A DNA stretch of 64,000 nt, taken from Candidatus Heimdallarchaeota archaeon. GTDB taxonomy: Archaea; Asgardarchaeota; Heimdallarchaeia; Heimdallarchaeales; Heimdallarchaeaceae. The stretch spans positions 64,001 to 128,000 of the forward strand of contig JAEOTE010000007.1 of the NCBI GenBank assembly GCA_016839945.1, in the 5' to 3' direction. Below are positions 20,940 through 31,013 of this stretch, piece after piece. Position 1 is the first letter of the stretch; each line of letters begins with the position of its first letter. The position numbers and the translations under genes were made by a program. Under the pieces are notes generated by a model. That model saw nothing but the letters and a program-made list of their open reading frames with translations. It was not told the origin of the DNA and did not search any database.

Positions 20940-21964
20940 TCTAGTTTTTCTAGAATGGTTCTGGTTTGATATCTCATTAAATCTTTATTACCTACATTCT
21001 CTAATAATTCCAGTGATTTTTTAATAGCACTTTCTGTTGTGTATTCGTTAAATAAAGGTATACCAATAGATGAAATATACTCTAGAACATCTAATGGTTT
21101 GGGATAGTAAGAAATTGAAGGTGTTCCCATCGAAGCAGCTTCTCTAGCCATTGTTGCCCCACCAGTGATGCACATATCAGAGTAATAATACAAAGACAGA
21201 GTATCAACAGCTTTAGGTGGAATGATGATTCTATCTTGAAATGTTTCCTTTAGGATTAACTTTTGTTTTTCATATCTTGGAAAAACAACTGCTTTTCCAT
21301 TATATGTTTCGAAAATCTCTTTTAGGATTGTATCCAGATGTGTTTGATCTGCCATCCCTTTTTCAAGCATATAAGCTGCACTACTTTCTTCAGGTCTACA
21401 AACAATAAAATTATCTTCCTGTGTTAATCCTAATTCGTTCAGAATCCCATCATTAGGGGAGAAATCTCTAATCCATGCTACTTCATCTAATCCATCATAT
21501 GGTTTTAGTTGTTCCTCTGTTGCACCAAGTGCAAACCATCCTTCATTTCGTATGCAAGAACTGTAAATCAGATATTTTGAGAGAGGAATTGTTAGTTTTC
21601 CTACAGCTTTTGCATGAGGAGAGTCGTTGATTAATATTGTTGGAATAGCTAGTCCAAAAGCAACTCTTGTTGATTCCGGACAGGAATAAGATATATGATA
21701 ATCAGGTTTATTTTCTAAATCATTGATATAATTTGCTAACAATCCTATTCTCTCATTTCCAGCCTTTAGCTTTCCATAGAGAGTCCCCCCACCATGTTTT
21801 CCTAGAACTGTAACTTCTCTTCCAAGCAATTCAAAAAGAGTAACTACATAATCATAATCTCTGCAAGTAAAAATAACTTCATGTCCTTCTTTCTCTAATT
21901 CTATAGCTATTGTATTAAATAGTAAAGGTTCTTTAGATGTTACAGCATCAAACCAGATAATCAT
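20906..21964 (-). CDS. DUF354 family GT-B-fold protein
   Basis: IWFD, FTCRDY, GKHGG, NDSPHA, RPEESSAAY, GGATMAREAASMGTPSISYYP. Confidence 0.85.
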   Translation of the reverse strand: MIIWFDAVTSKEPLLFNTIAIELEKEGHEVIFTCRDYDYVVTLFELLGREVTVLGKHGGGTLYGKLKAGNERIGLLANYINDLENKPDYHISYSCPESTRVAFGLAIPTILINDSPHAKAVGKLTIPLSKYLIYSSCIRNEGWFALGATEEQLKPYDGLDEVAWIRDFSPNDGILNELGLTQEDNFIVCRPEESSAAYMLEKGMADQTHLDTILKEIFETYNGKAVVFPRYEKQKLILKETFQDRIIIPPKAVDTLSLYYYSDMCITGGATMAREAASMGTPSISYYPKPLDVLEYISSIGIPLFNEYTTESAIKKSLELLENVGNKDLMRYQTRTILEKLDSPVDKVLEII

Positions 21965-22042
21965 TAATAATGGTCTATTCTACATAATCAAAAATATTGT
22001 GGAAAAACTCTATTTATGAAATAAAGGAAAAGGTGTAGAGAA

Positions 22043-24202
22043 TTAATCGCATTTGCTATATCCACATATTCTACAAGTAAAGCAACCTTCAGCAAACTCC
22101 AACATTCCTCCACATTCAGGGCATGCAATTGTTCCATTTGCTCTTACTATCTGTTCATCGATGAGATATTGTTCTAAAACATGAGAAATCCCATCAGCAC
22201 ACGATAAAATTGTCTTCCCTTGGTAGAAATTGGGACTTGGACATCTAATTCCAGCGAGATGTTCCGCAATAGAATCTAACTTTACACCTGATCTAAGAGC
22301 TAAAGAGATTAACCTTCCTACTGCTTCGCTTTGACTCGTTATACAACCTCCACTCTTTCCAACTTGAACAAAAACTTCACATACTCCTGTTTCATCTTTA
22401 TTAACAGTAACATAGAGATTCCCACAACCTGAACGAATCTTATGAGTTCTACCTAGTGTTACTTCTGGACGATCTCGAGGTTCTACTTTTTCTGTTGAAA
22501 CTACTTCAACTTCATGTTTTTGTTCTGGTTTCTTTGTAGTAAGAACTTGGTATTTTCGAGATCCATCTCTATAAACAGTTACTCCCTTACAGCCTTTTTT
22601 ATATGCTAAAAGATATGCTTTTGCTATATCTTCTCTTGTTGCTGTTGATTCAAAATTGATGGTTTTTGAGGTTGCATTGTCTATGTGTCTTTGGAAGTTC
22701 GCTTGCATCTCAATATGATATTCTGGATTAATATCATGAGCTGTAACAAAAACGTCCTTAATATCTGGAGGAATTTCATCTATCTCTTGAATTGAGTTGG
22801 TTGCAGATATTTTCACAATTAACTCTTCAGAATAGATTTTTCTATCCTTTATCATTTTCTCAAATACAGGATTAACATCAAACAGTTTCTTTCCACCTAA
22901 AACATTGCGAGTAAAAGCTACTGCATAATAAGGTTCAATTCCACTGGAACATCCAGCTATTAGTGATATTGTTCCTGTAGGTGCTATTGTTGTAACTGTT
23001 GCGTTTCTCATTGCTTCAAACATGCCCTTCAATCTGCTTTTTTCAAAATTTGGGAAGTTCCCTCTTTCTTTCCCAAGTTCTAATGATGCTTCTCTTGCAG
23101 TTATTTGGATAAAAGTCATTATTTTTTCTGAAATCTTAAGAGCTTCTTCTGAATCATATCGAATACCTAATTTTACAAGAAGATCAGCAAAACCCATGAT
23201 CCCTAAACCAATTTTCCTATTTGCTTTGGTCATCTGTTCGATTTCTGGGAGAATGTAATTATTCTTATCAATAACATTATCAAGAAACCTAACACCATGA
23301 ACAATCGTTTCTCCAAGTAAATCCCAATCAATTTCACCATTCTTAGTGTGGTTAGCAAGGTTAATAGAACCTAAATTACAGCTCTCATAGCCTAAAAGCG
23401 GCTGTTCACCACATGGATTTGTACTTTCTATTTCTCCAATTTGTGGTGTTGGATTATCTTTGTTTATTCGGTCAATAAATACAATCCCTGGTTCTCCATT
23501 TTTCCAAGCCATGTCCACTATTTTATTAAAAACTTCCTTGGCATTTAGTTTTCCAATTGGTTTCTTTGCTCTAGGATTGATTAAATCGTAATCTTCATTC
23601 TTCTCAACAGCTTTCATGAAGGATTCGGTTACTGCAACAGAGATGTTAAAATTAGTTAATTTTGTTTGGTCTTCTTTACATGTGATAAACTCCATAACAT
23701 CAGGGTGATCAACACGCAAGATTCCCATATTAGCACCTCTTCTCCTACCTCCTTGTTTGATAGTATTTGTAGCTGCATTAAACACTTCCATGAAACTAAT
23801 TGGACCGCTAGCTATACCCCCTGTTGTTTTAACAACATCATTTTTTGGTCGAAGTTTACTAAAAGAAAAACCTGTCCCACCTCCACTTTGATGAATTAGG
23901 GCAGCATCCTTTACTGCATTAAAAATTGAAGTCATATCATCCTTTATAGGAAGTACAAAGCATGCAGACAATTGACCTAGTTTTGTTCCAGCATTCATTA
24001 AAGTAGGTGAGTTTGGTAGAAATCTGAAAGTAGTCATTAATTCATAATATATTCTTCTTTCTTCTTCAGAATCACCAATAAAATTAGCAACTCTCCAGAA
24101 TAATTCCTCTGGAGTTTCTAATAGTTTCTTATTTGCATCTCTGAGAAGATATCTTTTTTCTAAAACAGTTTGAGCATTTTTTGAGAGTTCGAGAACTGAC
24201 AC
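22043..24202 (-). CDS. nrdJ: Adenosylcobalamin-dependent (class II) ribonucleotide reductase with C-terminal TSCPD/zinc-ribbon region
   Basis: PNSPTLMNAG, LSACFV, TNPCGEQ, TIAPTGTIS, KGVTVYRDGSR, C-terminal CPEC..CRICGYSKC; GTG start. Confidence 0.93.
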   Translation of the reverse strand: MSVLELSKNAQTVLEKRYLLRDANKKLLETPEELFWRVANFIGDSEEERRIYYELMTTFRFLPNSPTLMNAGTKLGQLSACFVLPIKDDMTSIFNAVKDAALIHQSGGGTGFSFSKLRPKNDVVKTTGGIASGPISFMEVFNAATNTIKQGGRRRGANMGILRVDHPDVMEFITCKEDQTKLTNFNISVAVTESFMKAVEKNEDYDLINPRAKKPIGKLNAKEVFNKIVDMAWKNGEPGIVFIDRINKDNPTPQIGEIESTNPCGEQPLLGYESCNLGSINLANHTKNGEIDWDLLGETIVHGVRFLDNVIDKNNYILPEIEQMTKANRKIGLGIMGFADLLVKLGIRYDSEEALKISEKIMTFIQITAREASLELGKERGNFPNFEKSRLKGMFEAMRNATVTTIAPTGTISLIAGCSSGIEPYYAVAFTRNVLGGKKLFDVNPVFEKMIKDRKIYSEELIVKISATNSIQEIDEIPPDIKDVFVTAHDINPEYHIEMQANFQRHIDNATSKTINFESTATREDIAKAYLLAYKKGCKGVTVYRDGSRKYQVLTTKKPEQKHEVEVVSTEKVEPRDRPEVTLGRTHKIRSGCGNLYVTVNKDETGVCEVFVQVGKSGGCITSQSEAVGRLISLALRSGVKLDSIAEHLAGIRCPSPNFYQGKTILSCADGISHVLEQYLIDEQIVRANGTIACPECGGMLEFAEGCFTCRICGYSKCD

Positions 24203-24546
24203 TTATATCCCTTATTTATTTAATCTTGAAATTTGTTATTAAACCCCGAAGAATTCTTCAACTATGAATAGTAAACTTAAGACACAGTTGAGAAACGCTT
24301 TCCTCAGATACCTTGTGTTGACAAAAATGAGAGATATTTAAGGTTTTATAACACTAGTATTTTCAAGCTTTAAGCGCTTAAAATAAATCTTAATTCCGAC
24401 ATAATTCCTAACTTCTTTTGAGTATTTATAAATTATTCAAAAATAATATGGCTTAAATTTATGCCTTACATATGACTTTTTTTCAAAAAAATCGATATAG
24501 AATTTCCGATAAACTTTAATTTAGGAGTAACATTATACAAACATAC

Positions 24547-25404
24547 ATGAAATTCAAAATGAATCGAAGAGCTGTATCTCCAGTTGTGGCAATTATCTTA
24601 ATGTTCATTCTTATAATAGCTGCTATAGGCATTTCACTTGTTTATATGCTGCCTAGTATAAGCAGTTTCAAGGATAAAAGCTACAATAATAGCAATAATT
24701 TATACTTTCTAGCTCTTGATTCAAGCATTCAAGAGTTGATTAACAATCCACCACCTATTAGTAAAGAATTCATATTCTTCCATGAACAAGGAGAACTATA
24801 TTATGATGAGAGTTGGTTGGTATTGTTTTTAATGCATGAGATATCAGGGACTCGTACTCACCTTGTGATGCAAGATAACATTACACGTCTTATACATCGA
24901 AGCACCTCTATCGCAGATTATGAAAGTGGAGAACATAGATATCTGATAGGTCCTCAAGATCAAGATTACGTATTTATTAATGGGAGCAGTACAGTTTATA
25001 ATGAAATCGCAGTTCTCAATACTTCGAGAACCATATATGAAGCATCTTTTCTTGATCTTGCACTGTACTATAGATACGTTTTAGCAGTTGATTATGAGAC
25101 AGCTGGATTAACAGAAATATACAACATGGACATAATACATATTGATTTGGAATTAAATGAATCAGCTTTTTACAACCCAACTAGAAAACAACTGTCATTA
25201 CAACTTACATACGAAGGAACAGAAAAAGAGGATTTAGGAACAATAGATTTCTTAACAGACATCTATTCTGATATACGCATAGCTAACCAATTTAATCATA
25301 TAAACTATGAGAATCCATTGTATTTCCCTGTTAACACTAATTATATATCTCATCAAATCAAGATTAATATGATAAGTTTAAAAATTCAAATTTCAATATT
25401 CTAA
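24547..25404 (+). CDS. Archaeal type IV pilin-like protein (class III signal peptide)
   Basis: MNRRA|VSPVVAIILM followed by a hydrophobic helix. Confidence 0.8.
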   Translation: MKFKMNRRAVSPVVAIILMFILIIAAIGISLVYMLPSISSFKDKSYNNSNNLYFLALDSSIQELINNPPPISKEFIFFHEQGELYYDESWLVLFLMHEISGTRTHLVMQDNITRLIHRSTSIADYESGEHRYLIGPQDQDYVFINGSSTVYNEIAVLNTSRTIYEASFLDLALYYRYVLAVDYETAGLTEIYNMDIIHIDLELNESAFYNPTRKQLSLQLTYEGTEKEDLGTIDFLTDIYSDIRIANQFNHINYENPLYFPVNTNYISHQIKINMISLKIQISIF

Positions 25405-25415
25405 GGAGTATAATA

Positions 25416-25877
25416 ATGCCAAGCGAGTATTTAATGTACATGGCCATCTTGTTGGTCGGAACCCTTGCGATAGGGGCAATTTCAGTTACAATGATTGCTA
25501 TTAATGGTACAATGGAAGATAGAGCAATTGAAACGAATTTGGAGAATATATCGCAGAATCTAGCGGAAATAATTCATGATCTGAAATCTTTCTGTGAGAA
25601 CCAGATTCAACAAGGAGCTACGAGCTTTACGCATAGTGTGATGTTATCTTTACCAGATGAGGTTCATGAAGAATCATACATAATTAAAGTTTCCTCAGAT
25701 GGTATTAACTATTATTTAGACGCAAGTTTAGTGGAAAATCCTGAATTATCAGTTTCAATTAATTTACTTATTCCTGTAGATTCCATCACTATATCAGGTT
25801 CTATAGAAAGTTCGGATCCTTCACCAAAAGTAAGCTACACCTTTGATGGAGAAAACAGTAATATTGTTCTGGAATAG
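25416..25877 (+). CDS. Pilin-like protein
   Basis: N-terminal hydrophobic helix with early Glu (MPSEY); lies between a pilin and the ATPase; SD aggag at 25404-25408. Confidence 0.6.
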   Translation: MPSEYLMYMAILLVGTLAIGAISVTMIAINGTMEDRAIETNLENISQNLAEIIHDLKSFCENQIQQGATSFTHSVMLSLPDEVHEESYIIKVSSDGINYYLDASLVENPELSVSINLLIPVDSITISGSIESSDPSPKVSYTFDGENSNIVLE

Positions 25878-25994
25878 TTTTTTTATTAAAAATCACTAAA
25901 TTCACGCTATTTCTTTTCATTTTTCTTCTAAAAAAACAAAAACATAGCTAATATGAAAAATAACTTTAAAAAGACTAGTTCATAATAATAATTC

Positions 25995-27530
25995 ATGCAA
26001 GAAGAAACTGGAGAAGCTTTTACTGATACAGCAGCTGTTCCAATACTTGAGGAAACATATCCTGTAAGTCCTCCGTTTTCTTATGTGTTAATTCAAACGG
26101 ACCCTGTTTCTAAGCGAACTCAATATATGGTTGTGGAAATTCCACTAGATTCAAAGGAGCAGGCGATTTACAATAAGATTTTCTCTATAATGGTTGATGA
26201 ATTGGATGTAGATCTAAGTGTTCTGAAATCATCTGAAAAAGCTGAAGAATTCCTTAAGAAAAAGATTGTTGATATCATTAAAAGATATAGAATTTCTCTC
26301 AATGAATCTCAATTTGAAAAAATCATGTACTACTTAACACGAGATTTAATTGGTTACGGAAAGATTCAACCTTTTATGCTTGATCCAAATATAGAAGATA
26401 TCTCAAACGATGGAATAGGGATTCCAATTTACGTATGGCATCGTAAATATGAATCTATATCAACAAACATCTCATTTGATAGTGCAGAAGATTTGGATAG
26501 TTTTATCATTAAACTTGCCCAAAGAGCTAATAGGCATATTAGTATTGCAAATCCGCTCTTGGATGCATCACTACCAGATGGAAGCAGAATCCAACTTACA
26601 TACGGTAAAGAAGTTACTCAACGTGGTTCAACTTTCACTGTAAGAAAATTCAAAGCAGATCCTTTTACAATTACAGATTTAATTCTATACAACACAATAG
26701 ATTTGGATATTGCAGCTTTCTATTGGTTTACAATGGAACATAATGTTAGTTCCCTAATAGCAGGTGGTACTGCAGCTGGAAAAACCACTCTCTTAAATAC
26801 AATTGCTATGATGATTAAACCTGATCTTAAAGTTGTAACAATTGAAGATACGGCAGAGCTTAATCTAGCACATGAGAATTGGATTCCAAGCGTTGTTCGA
26901 TCAGGATTTGGTGAAACAACAGAAACAGGCTATAGAAGAGGACAAATCTCAATGTATGAATTGTTAAGAGCTGCAATGAGACAACGCCCTGACTATATTA
27001 TTGTGGGTGAAATTAGAGGAGACGAAGCATATGCAATGTTTCAAGCAATGAGTACAGGTCACAGAGGTTTAGGAACTATTCACGGTGATTCTGTTGAAGG
27101 AGTAATTCACAGGTTAGAAAGTAAACCAATGAACATACCTCGTTCAATGATGAAATCATTAGATCTCATTCATGTTATTCGAAAGGTTCGACTACAATCC
27201 AAATTCGCTCGTAGAACTCAATCTGTTACTGAGTTGATAGGTTTAGATCCTGTTACTGAAGAAATCTTAACAAACAAGCTTTACCAATGGAATCCAAAAG
27301 ATGATACATTCATCTATTTTGGAAGAAGCTATGTTCTTGAAAAAATAATGGAAAACACAGGAACAGAGGAACAAGAAATCTTTGATGAACTTGAAAGGAG
27401 AAAAACCATTCTTCGATGGATGGTAAAGAAGAGAATTAGATACTTCGAAGATGTTGCTTCTGTTATTCAAGAATACAATTCAGATCCTGATAGAGCACTA
27501 GAAAAGGCAAGGAAAGGATTAAAGGCTTAA
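25995..27530 (+). CDS. Type II/IV secretion system ATPase (FlaI/TadA/VirB11 family)
   Basis: Walker A GGTAAGKTT, IEDTAE, RQRPDYIIVGEIRG, GH..TIH box. Confidence 0.93.
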   Translation: MQEETGEAFTDTAAVPILEETYPVSPPFSYVLIQTDPVSKRTQYMVVEIPLDSKEQAIYNKIFSIMVDELDVDLSVLKSSEKAEEFLKKKIVDIIKRYRISLNESQFEKIMYYLTRDLIGYGKIQPFMLDPNIEDISNDGIGIPIYVWHRKYESISTNISFDSAEDLDSFIIKLAQRANRHISIANPLLDASLPDGSRIQLTYGKEVTQRGSTFTVRKFKADPFTITDLILYNTIDLDIAAFYWFTMEHNVSSLIAGGTAAGKTTLLNTIAMMIKPDLKVVTIEDTAELNLAHENWIPSVVRSGFGETTETGYRRGQISMYELLRAAMRQRPDYIIVGEIRGDEAYAMFQAMSTGHRGLGTIHGDSVEGVIHRLESKPMNIPRSMMKSLDLIHVIRKVRLQSKFARRTQSVTELIGLDPVTEEILTNKLYQWNPKDDTFIYFGRSYVLEKIMENTGTEEQEIFDELERRKTILRWMVKKRIRYFEDVASVIQEYNSDPDRALEKARKGLKA

Positions 27531-27644
27531 ACTAAAACACTCATTCTGGAGGGAGTAAAGAGATTTTTTTCTCATCAATAATAAGTTAAATAATCGAATT
27601 TATATAATGTAATGGCAAATTATTCTTGATATTGAAAAAGTATT

Positions 27645-28277
27645 GTGATACATATGAATCCTGATGAAAATGATGATAAGAAAAAGAAGAAAAAACAACC
27701 TGATGATTCTTATCCGTTTGATTTCTTCAGCTCTTGGGAAGATTTCAATATAGAGGAAGCTATGGAGAGATTTTTACCATATTTCAGAGGTTCATCTTTT
27801 GGGAAAATGATAGATGAAATGCTAAAGAATTTTATGAAAAACTTAGAAGGAATAGATTCTGCTGATTTTGAGGATATAACCAAAAATCCGTTTGTTTATG
27901 GATTTAAATTCGGAATGGGTCCAGATGGAAAACCACAAATTGACCAGTTTGGAAATGTAAAATCTAAAACCTATGGTGATATCGAAGCATCTGATGTAAG
28001 AGAACCGTTGATTGATGTTTTTAAGGAAAGTGATAAAGTTAGAGTTATTGCAGAGGTTCCTGGTGTTAACAGGGGAGATATTAAGTTAACAGGCACAGAA
28101 AGAACACTAACAATAAAAGCTCATTCGCAAGAAAGAAAGTACGAAAAGTCGGTTAGCCTTCCAGTTGCAGTAGACATTCAAACTGCAAAAGCTAAGTACA
28201 AAAACGGCGTTCTTGAAGTCATAATTGATAGAAAAGAGAAAGAAAAAGAAGAAGATTTCAAAATAAGTGTTAATTAA
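27645..28277 (+). CDS. Archaeal small heat-shock protein Hsp20
   Basis: PFVYGF..GPDGKP..FGN, REPLIDV, AEVPGV, AKYKNGVLEV. Confidence 0.92.
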   Translation: MIHMNPDENDDKKKKKKQPDDSYPFDFFSSWEDFNIEEAMERFLPYFRGSSFGKMIDEMLKNFMKNLEGIDSADFEDITKNPFVYGFKFGMGPDGKPQIDQFGNVKSKTYGDIEASDVREPLIDVFKESDKVRVIAEVPGVNRGDIKLTGTERTLTIKAHSQERKYEKSVSLPVAVDIQTAKAKYKNGVLEVIIDRKEKEKEEDFKISVN

Positions 28278-28281
28278 GAAA

Positions 28282-28968
28282 TTATACTTCAAGCCAAAGA
28301 TATATGTTATGAGGGAGAGTAGCATATACGGTTTGTCCACCAACTAAATCTAGTAAGTATCTTCCGTCACCTAGATTACTAACTGGAGTGCTTGGAATAA
28401 CAGTAACAATTCCATCACTAATCATTGTTTGAATACCGTTTTGGATTTTGTATAAATAAACATAGTTAGAGGTTCCAGCTATATTGGATATCTCCATATA
28501 ATAAGCTGTATCAAAAGAATAAACACCGTCATAATATAAATCAGGACTATTTATATGAATAGAAATGTTGAATGAGCAGTAGATATATGTGGGATTAACC
28601 AGTGTGCTTGTGTTTCCAACCAATAAACTGTCCGTTACATAAGATAGTATTGCAGGCAGATTATGGTCATCTAAGTATGCTTCGACATGATTTATATTTG
28701 TTTGAATGAAGGTTTGAATGTCATTAGCAGAATCACCCATAGAATATTTTGACAAAGATATCTCAACCATTTCTTGTAGATTAGATATTGAATTATCAAG
28801 ATAATTTAACAGTTGCTCCTGGTTGGGAGCTGGATCAATAAATGGACTTTGAGTAATTCTATATACAGTAGTAGATATTAAGATTAAATAGATTAAGATC
28901 ACAATTGCTAAGAGGAGGAAGACTTGTCCCTTTTTGTCTTTAAACATCGTTGCTTTCATTTTAAACAC
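28282..28968 (-). CDS. Minor pilin-like protein (class III signal peptide)
   Basis: KKG|QVFLLLAIVILI. Confidence 0.7.
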   Translation of the reverse strand: MFKMKATMFKDKKGQVFLLLAIVILIYLILISTTVYRITQSPFIDPAPNQEQLLNYLDNSISNLQEMVEISLSKYSMGDSANDIQTFIQTNINHVEAYLDDHNLPAILSYVTDSLLVGNTSTLVNPTYIYCSFNISIHINSPDLYYDGVYSFDTAYYMEISNIAGTSNYVYLYKIQNGIQTMISDGIVTVIPSTPVSNLGDGRYLLDLVGGQTVYATLPHNIYLWLEV

Positions 28969-29428
28969 CTTTTAGCCAAACATGAAGATGAATGATACAA
29001 GGATCATATTCACCCATGATTTCTGTAATCATGTAATCTATACCAATAGCTTCATTTGATAAACTTAGATGTTGATTAATCCAACTACTAGTCATAATTT
29101 CAGAAGAAGTAACGTTCTGGCAGTGTAATCTAAACTCCCCATTATCTGGAAGAGCACCATATAACGCTTGCTGAATAATTGCTTTTTGATTATTAATGTC
29201 TATCAAAGAATCTATTTTCAACGCATAAATAAACTCATCAAGAACACCATTATTGTCTAATGCTTTTATGGTACTGTAGATGTTTTCATGGAAATTCGTC
29301 TCGCTAGTTGGTTGTGTAGCTATTTGTACTTCATAGAGAGCTGTGACCATGATTATCATAACAGAAACAGCAATGAAAGCTTCTATTATGAAAAGTTGTC
29401 CTTTTTTATTTCTAAATAATGCTTTCAT
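28961..29428 (-). CDS. Minor pilin-like protein (class III signal peptide)
   Basis: NKKG|QLFIIEAFIAV. Confidence 0.75.
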   Translation of the reverse strand: MKALFRNKKGQLFIIEAFIAVSVMIIMVTALYEVQIATQPTSETNFHENIYSTIKALDNNGVLDEFIYALKIDSLIDINNQKAIIQQALYGALPDNGEFRLHCQNVTSSEIMTSSWINQHLSLSNEAIGIDYMITEIMGEYDPCIIHLHVWLKGV

Positions 29429-29432
29429 TATA

Positions 29433-30590
29433 TCACCAATACCATATTTGACATTTTATCAATACATTGCGTAAGAACAAAACTTGTGTTTCAGATATAT
29501 ATCCTTGATTATCAAGATCTGCTGAAGTTCCATAAATCCCACCATTCTTAGAAGAAAGGAACATTGGGATACCCATAAATCCTCGTCTATGTGTAGTTGT
29601 TTCTCTTTCATGTACTAAAATTAATGCTAATCCTTTTGAAGGAATGGGAATGGCCTCACGGAGATAAACGTTTCCTTCGTCATTCCCAGTTTTTAACATA
29701 TCAAATTTATAATAAGAGACATCAATATTCTTAGATGGAAAGAGAGCGAATACAGCAGCCTCATCACTTAAAGTAGTTCTAAATAAGCTTACATCAATGG
29801 AACTATGTAAAGTAACAGTGTTTTCTCTAACAAAGGGATTTAACTCAAAATCTGCTTCTCCATAATTGATTCCATCTGAGCTTTCAAGGTTTAATGTTGT
29901 ATAATCCTGATATATTTCTCCTACTTGAGCAAATGCTGCTATACTGTAGAAATTTGTTACATTAACCTCAAAAGTGGATTTGAAACTAATAGTATCTGAA
30001 ATAACTTTGGTTGTTGTGTAGTTTGTATAAACTTCATTATTTCCATTTACTACAAAAACCCACACATCAGCATTTTCAAAAGGTGTTTGATGATCTGTAA
30101 CCTTTCCAGAAATAGTTATATCATCAAAAGCAACTCCCCAATCATCTATTACGATGCTTATCGGAGAATAAACTCCAATTGCAAAATCTCTCGTAAGCCC
30201 ATATGATGCCTTTACACCAATATAATTGATATACCAATAATCCGAAATCCCACTTGATAGACGGTTGATTTTTGTAAAATCAAGTGTTTCTTTATAATCC
30301 AGTAATCCTAAACGAAAATCTGTAAGAGAACTAGTTCCTATGTAACCCCAATTAGAAGGATTTCCAGTTGAAAGAAAGATATTATTGTATAATTTGTTTA
30401 GTTCTTGTTCTTGAGAATATGTTTCCAATTGAACCATTGAAGGGATTAATAGATTTGATAAAACGATAATAACTTGACTGAAAGCAATTACAAAGATGAG
30501 TAATGCTAGAGCAAAATCTACTCCTCTTATTTGAGCTCTCTTGTTTTTCTTCAATGACAATTTTCTATTCCCCTTTCTCTTCAACTTCAT
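29433..30590 (-). CDS. Large minor pilin-like protein (class III signal peptide)
   Basis: NKRA|QIRGVDFALALLIF; GNPSNW motif seen in archaeal minor pilins. Confidence 0.72.
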   Translation of the reverse strand: MKLKRKGNRKLSLKKNKRAQIRGVDFALALLIFVIAFSQVIIVLSNLLIPSMVQLETYSQEQELNKLYNNIFLSTGNPSNWGYIGTSSLTDFRLGLLDYKETLDFTKINRLSSGISDYWYINYIGVKASYGLTRDFAIGVYSPISIVIDDWGVAFDDITISGKVTDHQTPFENADVWVFVVNGNNEVYTNYTTTKVISDTISFKSTFEVNVTNFYSIAAFAQVGEIYQDYTTLNLESSDGINYGEADFELNPFVRENTVTLHSSIDVSLFRTTLSDEAAVFALFPSKNIDVSYYKFDMLKTGNDEGNVYLREAIPIPSKGLALILVHERETTTHRRGFMGIPMFLSSKNGGIYGTSADLDNQGYISETQVLFLRNVLIKCQIWYW

Positions 30591-31005
30591 CTCCCAATAT
30601 TCTCTCTTCCAAGAGAGATTTGATCTCAGCTAAAGTAGCTTCTAATTCAACAAGTTCCATACCTTTTTCTAGTAAGTTAGAAGCTCGTTCTTGCATTTCA
30701 TCAGCTTTCTTAATCCTGTCGGACACTAAATTCTCTACTTGTCCTTTCAATTCTGCTAAATCTTGCTTTGAACCCATAGCATCTTCTATTTTCTCAATTC
30801 GGTCTTCTATTGGACCAAGGTCAACTGAAACAGAACCAACAACACCTTCAGCATCAGGATCAGAAGAAGGAACAACTCCTTTTTCCAATGTTCCCATAAT
30901 TCTAACTACATTAAAACTTACTTGATTCAGAATGCGTTTTAGTTCTTCAACTTCATCCTTTAGAGTCTTAAGGTCGTCTTCAATTTTCCCCATATTTTTC
31001 ACCAT
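30565..31005 (-). CDS. Coiled-coil hypothetical protein in the pilus operon
   Basis: Heptad-rich acidic protein; overlaps the downstream pilin gene. Confidence 0.65.
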   Translation of the reverse strand: MVKNMGKIEDDLKTLKDEVEELKRILNQVSFNVVRIMGTLEKGVVPSSDPDAEGVVGSVSVDLGPIEDRIEKIEDAMGSKQDLAELKGQVENLVSDRIKKADEMQERASNLLEKGMELVELEATLAEIKSLLEERILGDEVEEKGE

Positions 31006-31013
31006 TATGAATG

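Noticed and set aside
24203-24546. Cobalamin riboswitch or NrdR box upstream of nrdJ
   Set aside because: Very AT-rich with no recognisable B12-box or convincing NrdR-box consensus
30503-30925. Antisense and nested ORFs in the track (also 38438..38875, 39140..39514, 56358..56822 and other short ones)
   Set aside because: They lie opposite or within well-supported genes and have Ser/Phe/Ile-rich shadow composition
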